A stretch of 48,007 bases of DNA, taken from IMG/VR virus record IMGVR_UViG_3300045988_078200; one strand, 5' to 3'. Below the pieces are notes generated by a model. It was not told the origin of the DNA, searched no databases, and saw only the letters and a list, made by a program, of their open reading frames with translations. Position numbers and translations under genes: made by a program. This DNA comes from a virus. Of the stretch, positions 42,959 through 48,007 are shown piece by piece (the stretch's first letter is position 1; the number at the start of each line of letters is the position of its first letter).

Positions 42959-43324
42959 ATGCAATACCTGATCAGCATTGCCGCAGGGCTGGCGGGCGGG
43001 ATTGCCGCCGTTCTGCTGTTCGGCAGACGGCGGAGCCGCCGCCGGACAGACAGCAAGAGCGACCGCCGAAAGATCGAGTTTTCAAAGCTGGTTCTTTCGG
43101 CGGTCCTTTTAACCTATTTTGCGGGGTTTGTCATCGGCGCGCGGGCCGTGGCCCTTGACCCGTCGCAACTTGGCGTTTTCCTCGCCTATGTGGGAACCCC
43201 GGCGGCAACGGCAATCGGCTTTTACAGTTGGAAAGCAAAGGCGGAAAACGTGGTGAAGATCAAGCAGGCAAACCCGACGGCGACGGAGGGAATGCCCGTA
43301 GACCTGAACAACATTCAGCCATAG
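42959..43324 (+). CDS. Putative holin with three hydrophobic segments.
   Basis: The segments are LISIAAGLAGGIAAVLLF, LVLSAVLLTYFAGFVIGA and VFLAYVGTPAATAIGFY. The gene lies just upstream of the endolysin. Confidence 0.6.
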   Translation: MQYLISIAAGLAGGIAAVLLFGRRRSRRRTDSKSDRRKIEFSKLVLSAVLLTYFAGFVIGARAVALDPSQLGVFLAYVGTPAATAIGFYSWKAKAENVVKIKQANPTATEGMPVDLNNIQP

Positions 43325-43337
43325 CGGAGGAACACAA

Positions 43338-44993
43338 ATGACACAGGAACAGAAAGCATTTATTGAGCGGGTGGGCGCGCTGGCCGCGGCGGATATGCAA
43401 AAAAGCGGCGTGCTTGCCTCGCTGACAATCGCGCAGGCGATTTTGGAAAGCGGCTGGGGAAAATCCGGCCTGACCGTCAAGGCAAACGCCCTGTTCGGCA
43501 TCAAGGCGGGGACAAGCTGGAAAGGCCGGGTTTACAGCACGAAAACGCAAGAGTGTTACGACGGCGTGAACTTTACCACCGTGACGGCCCTTTTCCGGGC
43601 ATACGACAGTTGGGAAGAGAGCGTGGAGGACCATTCGGCGTTGCTGACGGGCGCGGCCCGGTACAAAGCCGTTGTCGGGGAGCGGGACTATAAGACCGCT
43701 TGCCGGGCGATCAAGGCGGCGGGCTACGCCACGGACCCGAACTACACGGACAAGCTGATTCAGATTATCGAATCATACGGCCTGACGGCCTACGACGGCG
43801 CAGGACAGGCCGGAGCGGGCGGCGGGTCAAATATCACGGCTGGGGCGGAACGCCCCGCAGACGCGAAAGGAGAGGGCAAAATGAAAGCGTCTGAATTCAT
43901 CAAGAAACTGCAAGACATCGTGGACCATTACAAGACACTGTACGTCATGGGCTGTTTCGGCGCGCCCCTGACCGGGGGCAACGTGTCCCGGTACTGCCAG
44001 AACCACAGCTACAACAAGCAGGCGGCGCGCACGGCCATGATCAAGGCCGCGGCGAATCAGAACCCGCCCGTTTTCGGCTTTGACTGCGTGTGCATGATCA
44101 AGGGCGTTTTGTGGGGCTGGAACGGCGACGCGTCCAAAACCTACGGCGGCGCGTCCTACGCATCCGGGGGCGTGCCGGACATCGGAGCCGACACCATGAT
44201 TACGAAGTGTTCCGGCGTTTCCACCGATTTCAGCAAGATTGTTCCGGGGGAGGCTGTCTGGCTTTCGGGTCATATCGGCGTTTACATCGGCGGCGGAAAG
44301 GTGATCGAGTGTTCCCCGGCGTTCAAGAACTGCGTACAGGTGACGGCGTGCCTGAACATCGGCGCAATCTCCGGCATGAACGGGCGCAGGTGGACCAAAC
44401 ACGGTAAATTGCCGTATATCACCTACGACACCGCGGGCGCGGCCACAGGCGGCGCAGGAACGGCGCAGAAGCCTGGCGGGACCTCCGATACCTCCGGCGC
44501 GCTGGCGTTCGCCGTGGGCGACGTGGTGCGCTTTACGGGCAACGTGCATTACACCAACGCAAGCGCGGCCAGCGGGAAAGCGTGCAAGCCGGGCAAGGCG
44601 AAAGTCACCATGATTTCAAAGGGCGCAAAACACCCGTACCACCTTGTCAAAGAGAGCGGCGGCGGGTCCACGGTTTACGGCTGGGTCAACGCGGCGGACG
44701 TTCAGAGCGAGGCGGACGCGGCCATTGACAAGCTGGCGGGGCTGGGGGTCATCAACTCCCCGGACTACTGGAAGAACGCCGTTGCCGCCGGAACGGTGCA
44801 ATACCTCGATCTTCTCTTTATCGGCGCGGCGGAGTACATCAAAAAGGCCGGGACGCGGTGCGCAACGCCGCAAGCGGGCGTTGACGCGCTGGCAAAAGCC
44901 GGGGTCATCAACTCACCGGACTATTGGTTGCAGAATTACGGAAAGTTGCAGAGCCTTGGAACTCTTCTTTGCGCGCTGGGCGGGTCCGTGTAA
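43338..44993 (+). CDS. Multidomain endolysin: a GH73 glucosaminidase, an NlpC/P60-like peptidase, an SH3-like domain and two C-terminal repeats.
   Basis: AQAILESGWGKS...YATDPNYTDKLIQII marks GH73. FDCVCMIKG...GHIGVYIGGGKVIE marks the Cys/His peptidase. The LAxxGVINSPDYW motif is duplicated. Confidence 0.85.
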   Translation: MTQEQKAFIERVGALAAADMQKSGVLASLTIAQAILESGWGKSGLTVKANALFGIKAGTSWKGRVYSTKTQECYDGVNFTTVTALFRAYDSWEESVEDHSALLTGAARYKAVVGERDYKTACRAIKAAGYATDPNYTDKLIQIIESYGLTAYDGAGQAGAGGGSNITAGAERPADAKGEGKMKASEFIKKLQDIVDHYKTLYVMGCFGAPLTGGNVSRYCQNHSYNKQAARTAMIKAAANQNPPVFGFDCVCMIKGVLWGWNGDASKTYGGASYASGGVPDIGADTMITKCSGVSTDFSKIVPGEAVWLSGHIGVYIGGGKVIECSPAFKNCVQVTACLNIGAISGMNGRRWTKHGKLPYITYDTAGAATGGAGTAQKPGGTSDTSGALAFAVGDVVRFTGNVHYTNASAASGKACKPGKAKVTMISKGAKHPYHLVKESGGGSTVYGWVNAADVQSEADAAIDKLAGLGVINSPDYWKNAVAAGTVQYLDLLFIGAAEYIKKAGTRCATPQAGVDALAKAGVINSPDYWLQNYGKLQSLGTLLCALGGSV

Positions 44994-45014
44994 TGTGAGA
45001 AAGGAGAAACAACA

Positions 45015-45431
45015 ATGAGCATCATTCAATTTCTGGCCGCGAATTGGGACAGCGTTCTTGTGGTCCTCGCGTTCCTTGTGCTGGTTGTCGTGCTGATCAA
45101 GCGCGGACAAACAAAGATTCTGAAAAAGATTCTCTTCAACCTTGTCACGCAGGCGGAAAAGCAGTTCGGCGGCGGAACGGGGTCAATGAAGTTCGCCGCC
45201 GTCGCGGACTGGATTTACCAGAGAATCCCGGCGGTGCTGAAACTGCTGTTCACGGAAAAGGATATTGCGGACATGATCGAAGCCGTGTTGGAGGAAGCGA
45301 AAAAGGCGTGGGGGACCAACGAGAATTTGAAAGAGTACGTGGAAACCTCGCCCATTGTGGAAAACCTGCTTGCGCTGGGGATTGACCCGGACGCGGTGGA
45401 GGAACAGGGCGCGCCGGAAAACAACAACTAA
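45015..45431 (+). CDS. Holin-like membrane protein, LL-H-family-like.
   Basis: The N-terminal TM is VLVVLAFLVLVVVLI. It is followed by QAEKQFGGGTGSMKFAAVADWIYQRIP...DMIEAVLEEAKKAW. Confidence 0.5.
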   Translation: MSIIQFLAANWDSVLVVLAFLVLVVVLIKRGQTKILKKILFNLVTQAEKQFGGGTGSMKFAAVADWIYQRIPAVLKLLFTEKDIADMIEAVLEEAKKAWGTNENLKEYVETSPIVENLLALGIDPDAVEEQGAPENNN

Positions 45432-45454
45432 AATTGTCCGATTCGGACAACACG

Positions 45455-45491
45455 AAGCCCGCCGGGGAATGACCCCCGGCGGGCTTTTTTT
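45455..45491 (+). terminator. Strong intrinsic terminator at the end of the rightward late operon, shared with the convergent leftward operon.
   Basis: AAGCCCGCCGGGG pairs with CCCCGGCGGGCTT and is followed by T7. Confidence 0.85.
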
Positions 45492-45909
45492 ATGCGCTGA
45501 CCGTGGACACGTCAAGCCGGAACGCGAGGTCAAGGACCTTTGCGCGGGTTGCGGCGTTGCGCTGAACGGCATCTTCCAACGTGGCACGAACCCCAGCGGG
45601 AGCGAGAGACAGGCCGTAGGCAATCAGGCGATCTTCCACCGCTTTCAGCGCGGCGCGGGCGGCGTTCAGTTCTTCTTCAAGCCCGGCGGAAGCAATGAGC
45701 GCGGCGCATTCGGCGTTTGCCTTTTCAAAGGCCGCGTCATCCTCCATGCAGTAAAGGAATTCGGGAACGGAGCCGTCGGGATTGACAATGCCGTTGTCGG
45801 CAATGAATTTCTTTTCGATGGCCTCTTGTCGGGATTCGACTTCCTGCACGCAGGCTTTGGCGACCATATAGGCCCGCTGGAACTTGTTTGCAGTTCTTTT
45901 CATGTTCAT
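45490..45909 (-). CDS. Hypothetical helical protein.
   Basis: ORF 45490-45930. The ATG at 45909 overlaps the upstream stop (ATGA). Confidence 0.6.
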   Translation of the reverse strand: MNMKRTANKFQRAYMVAKACVQEVESRQEAIEKKFIADNGIVNPDGSVPEFLYCMEDDAAFEKANAECAALIASAGLEEELNAARAALKAVEDRLIAYGLSLAPAGVRATLEDAVQRNAATRAKVLDLAFRLDVSTVSA

Positions 45910-46001
45910 TCCCCTTTCTTGCGGCGGCAATGGACCGCGGCGGCGATAATCAGTTTCACAATGGCAACGACGATCAGGAAGATTCCGAGTTTTGCAAGCA
46001 T
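45906..46001 (-). CDS. 31-aa hydrophobic peptide with a basic tail.
   Basis: The sequence is MLAKLGIFLIVVAIVKLIIAAAVHCRRKKGE. It is translationally coupled to the downstream gene. Confidence 0.4.
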   Translation of the reverse strand: MLAKLGIFLIVVAIVKLIIAAAVHCRRKKGE

Positions 46002-46075
46002 GGTTGACAGTTCAGAAGAAAAAGTGTATTCTATGGGTGGGCGGTGAACCCGCCCATAGAATACGGGGTTTCGGC

Positions 46076-46195
46076 TTACGTGTGCTTATCAATCAGGAGT
46101 AACGCAAGCCCTACCAGAAAGTCCACGATTGCGGTTATTACGATGGTGCGAACATCGACCCGCGATTTCGTGGGCTTTTTCTTTTTCTTCTTCAC
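46076..46195 (-). CDS. 39-aa peptide with a poly-Lys N-terminus and a C-terminal TM.
   Basis: AAAGGGGG lies 7 nt before the GTG at 46195. The sequence is VKKKKKKPTKSRVDVRTIVITAIVDFLVGLALLLIDKHT. Confidence 0.45.
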   Translation of the reverse strand: MKKKKKKPTKSRVDVRTIVITAIVDFLVGLALLLIDKHT

Positions 46196-46219
46196 CGTTT
46201 CACCCCCTTTCTGTTTATT

Positions 46220-46248
46220 ATTATACTCACGTGAGTATGAAATGTCAA
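46220..46248 (-). promoter_or_regulatory. Leftward consensus promoter TTGACA-N17-TATAAT with the perfect palindromic operator ATACTCACGTGAGTAT (46223-46238) in its spacer and -10 element.
   Basis: On the minus strand the sequence reads TTGACAtttcatactcacgtgagTATAAT. Confidence 0.7.
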
Positions 46249-46269
46249 GAGGAAAACGAAAAAAATTCA

Positions 46270-46303
46270 AAAAAATTACGCCGCCGTGGGAGGTTCGGCG
46301 GCG
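46270..46303 (-). terminator. Intrinsic terminator ending the upstream leftward operon.
   Basis: On the minus strand, CGCCGCCG pairs with CGGCGGCG and is followed by TAATTTTTTT. Confidence 0.7.
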
Positions 46304-46308
46304 CGGGG

Positions 46309-46659
46309 TCAATCGGTATTTTCAATCAGGCGCATCACACGCAAGGCGAGATCACGGGCGGGCGCGCCCTCCACGCTATCAGCATAACGGCCCAGCACAC
46401 CAAGCAAGCGCGCCTTGTACGCGTCAACCTCCGTCGGTATCTTTACGCCGTAGCGGGTTTCGTAGCAGTCGCGGCAGAGGTAAGGCGCGTTTGCGGTGAT
46501 CGCCCCGTTGCTTTCGTCGGTGTACTGATACGCCCGGCAACTGCAAAGGGGCTTTCCACAGGATTCACAATGCCCGGAGAACTTGCGGGAGCGGGTGCGG
46601 GCCGTCCGGGTCATGCGGTGGGGCTTATTCGCCACAGAGACGCCGCCTCCCCTCTTCAT
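46309..46659 (-). CDS. Zinc-finger-like hypothetical protein. The start is uncertain.
   Basis: ORF 46309-46755. The motifs are CESCGKPLCSC...CRDC. Candidate ATG starts lie at 46659 and 46614. Confidence 0.45.
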   Translation of the reverse strand: MKRGGGVSVANKPHRMTRTARTRSRKFSGHCESCGKPLCSCRAYQYTDESNGAITANAPYLCRDCYETRYGVKIPTEVDAYKARLLGVLGRYADSVEGAPARDLALRVMRLIENTD

Positions 46660-46831
46660 CAAGAAGCGCGTCAAGCTGTTCACAGGTGACGACGCGGGCA
46701 GATGGATATTTGCAGACGTTCCGATAATACCGGGCCGTTTTAACGGCGAGGTCATAATCTGCGCTTGTCACCGCGGAAATGTGGCCCGCAGAATCGAAAG
46801 CAACAGCGGCATAACAAACAGAATCGTTCAT
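46625..46831 (-). CDS. Small hypothetical protein, 68 aa.
   Basis: GGAGG lies upstream of the ATG at 46831. Confidence 0.5.
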   Translation of the reverse strand: MNDSVCYAAVAFDSAGHISAVTSADYDLAVKTARYYRNVCKYPSARVVTCEQLDALLDEEGRRRLCGE

Positions 46832-46865
46832 CGGGAAACCTCCATAGATTAGATTTTGATTTCGG

Positions 46866-46898
46866 AACAAGGGGCGGCGGTTTGCGCCGCCCCTTGTT
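46866..46898. other. 14-bp perfect-stem hairpin between two leftward genes, with no U-tract.
   Basis: AACAAGGGGCGGCG pairs with CGCCGCCCCTTGTT across a 5-nt loop. Confidence 0.5.
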
Positions 46899-46901
46899 GG
46901 T

Positions 46902-47471
46902 TTATCCGGCCACGAACACGCCCAGCGGAGAGCCACCCGCAGACCGCCACCCGCGGCGGTGAATGTCGGAGAGGCGGACCCGTTCGGGACGGTCCGGGCG
47001 GCTGTCCCAGCGAATCAGGGCAAACACGCCGCCGCGGAAGAAACGACCGTCGGGGACATCCTCGAAGCCGATCACCGTTCCGCCCTCCACGGGATAGCAG
47101 GAACCGCAGACGCATTCGACGCGCTGGCCGATCATCACAATCACAGTTCCGTTGTCGGCGGGCTGGGAAATGGTGATCACGTTGGCGGGGGCCGCGTCCG
47201 CTACCGGAGCTGGGGCGGCAGGCTTTTCCACGGCGGGGGCCTCTTCCACCTGAACCTCGCGTTCAGCGCGGAACGTGGGAGCCATAGAATAGCGGTCCGG
47301 CTGGATATATTCGCCGGAATCATCGAAGCGAATCTTGGAACGGCGGGATTCGCCCATATACTCATAAGAAACGGTTTTTGCGGTCCGCCCGGTGATCTTG
47401 ATGGAGAAAACGCACTCGCTGTCACAAATGCTACGCGTGAAGTATTCCTTGCCAATCTCAAACTTGTTCAT
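46902..47471 (-). CDS. Hypothetical two-domain protein with a Pro/Ala linker.
   Basis: GGGAGG lies upstream of the ATG at 47471 (MNKFEIGKEY...). Confidence 0.6.
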   Translation of the reverse strand: MNKFEIGKEYFTRSICDSECVFSIKITGRTAKTVSYEYMGESRRSKIRFDDSGEYIQPDRYSMAPTFRAEREVQVEEAPAVEKPAAPAPVADAAPANVITISQPADNGTVIVMIGQRVECVCGSCYPVEGGTVIGFEDVPDGRFFRGGVFALIRWDSRPDRPERVRLSDIHRRGWRSAGGSPLGVFVAG

Positions 47472-47620
47472 GTGATTACCTCCCATATATGAAACCAGAA
47501 GTTGAAGTGTTGTCGTTACCGTGTCGGCCCCCTTTTCGTGTCGGCCCGTAAGGTTGGCCCCCGCCGTATTCTTTACGCCCCGGCGGGTGGGCGGCTTGCG
47601 CTTCCCTCTTTCTGTCTCTT

Positions 47621-47649
47621 ATTATACTCACGTGAGTATGAAAAAGCAA
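47621..47649 (-). promoter_or_regulatory. Leftward promoter TTGCTT-N17-TATAAT with the perfect palindromic operator ATACTCACGTGAGTAT (47624-47639).
   Basis: On the minus strand the sequence reads TTGCTTtttcatactcacgtgagTATAAT. About 45 bp are similar to the 46205-46250 region. Confidence 0.65.
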
Positions 47650-47668
47650 GATGGGAAGTTGCACAAAA

Positions 47669-47684
47669 ATACTCACGTGAGATT
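47669..47684. promoter_or_regulatory. Degenerate copy of the operator.
   Basis: ATACTCACGTGAGATT matches the palindrome at 14 of 16 positions. Confidence 0.5.
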
Positions 47685-47696
47685 GTATAGATTTTC

Positions 47697-47729
47697 ATAC
47701 TTGCGTGAGTATTTGAAAAATGATATAAT
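47697..47729 (+). promoter_or_regulatory. Rightward promoter TTGCGT-N17-TATAAT, overlapped by the operator variant ATACTTGCGTGAGTAT.
   Basis: The -35 is at 47701-47706 and the -10 at 47724-47729. It lies 25 nt upstream of the RHH gene start. Confidence 0.65.
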
Positions 47730-47753
47730 CAACGCAGAAAGGAGGCGGAACAC

Positions 47754-48007
47754 ATGGAAAAGAAAAAGTATGCGTGCAACACGCGGGCGAAGAACAAGTG
47801 GAACGCCGAAAATTACGACCGCCTTTACCCCTATGTGAAGATCGGGAAAAAGGCGGTCTACCAAAAAGCGGTAGAAGCTGGCGGATTTGAAAGCCTGAAC
47901 GACCTGATCGAGACGGCGACGGACAGAATCGCGGCGGAGGTTTTGGGGCTAACCACAGAGCAATACGCGGCGGAAGTGCAGGCCGCGGCGGAGAAAGCAA
48001 AAAAAGA
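47754..48007 (+). CDS. Small ribbon-helix-helix/Arc-like putative regulator. This is the 5' part; the gene runs off the window end and continues at 1-126.
   Basis: ATG at 47754 follows GGAGG (47741-47745). The translation is MEKKKYACNTRAKNKWNAENYDRLYPYVKIGKKAVYQKAVEAGGFESLNDLIETATDRI... The frame stays open through the terminal repeat. The gene lies directly downstream of a TTGCGT-N17-TATAAT promoter. Confidence 0.65.
   Translation, partial: MEKKKYACNTRAKNKWNAENYDRLYPYVKIGKKAVYQKAVEAGGFESLNDLIETATDRIAAEVLGLTTEQYAAEVQAAAEKAKK
47889..48007. repeat. Terminal direct repeat, copy 2, identical to 1-119.
   Basis: Same comparison as copy 1. Confidence 0.97.

Noticed and set aside
1-48007. CRISPR arrays, tRNA or rRNA genes, and tyrosine or serine integrases.
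   Set aside because: I saw no regularly spaced repeat arrays, no cloverleaf-compatible intergenic sequences, and no ORF with recombinase motifs (R..H..R..Y, or an N-terminal catalytic serine domain). Absence is judged by eye only.

Overview
The window is a complete, circularly closed tailed-phage genome. Bases 1-119 are identical to 47889-48007, leaving about 47,888 bp of unique sequence, and one small gene reads across the junction. GC content is high and GGAGG-type ribosome-binding sites are strong. Together with XkdX-like, LL-H-holin-like and GH73/NlpC-P60 lysin genes, this suggests a Gram-positive (Clostridia-like) host; that is inference.

Nearly all genes lie on the + strand:
- Regulatory region: 47.6 kb wrapping round to 2.7 kb.
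- Early and replication genes: 2.7-17 kb, mostly tiny overlapping ORFs.
- Packaging and head, lambda-like: 17.3-25 kb. These include Nu1-like and GpA-like terminase, gpW, portal, ClpP-type protease, and gpD-like and gpE-like capsid proteins.
- Contractile tail and baseplate, P2/PBSX-like: 25-38 kb. These include sheath, tube, a chaperone with a -1 frameshift, tape measure, and X, D, V, U, W, J, I and fibre proteins.
- Diversity-generating retroelement (DGR): 38.2-42 kb.
- Lysis genes: 42.5-45.4 kb.
- Two short leftward operons: 45.5-47.5 kb.

Most notable observations:
1. A complete DGR (avd, 95-nt TR, structured spacer, RT) has two variable regions. VR1 lies in a fibre-like gene just downstream of the RT. 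VR2 lies 32 kb away in a small early-region gene. Of 17 TR/VR mismatches, 16 fall on TR adenines.
2. A 16-bp palindrome, ATACTCACGTGAGTAT, occurs twice perfectly and three times degenerately. Four of the five copies sit inside near-consensus sigma-70-type promoters on either side of the circular junction; the fifth lies 13 bp upstream of one of them.
3. An IS30-family DDE transposase sits directly behind one of those operator-controlled promoters, and a transposase HTH-only paralogue lies 1 kb downstream. I recognised no tyrosine or serine integrase.
4. A ParA/ParB cassette, an HUH-Rep-like gene and a 17-bp-stem hairpin suggest a phage-plasmid lifestyle.
5. Three genes are frame-broken exactly at poly-G tracts: a Dam-type methyltransferase, a PAPS-reductase-like gene and a lysis-module membrane protein. 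This is either homopolymer error or phase variation.

All functional calls come from motifs read by eye in the translations. No database search was run.
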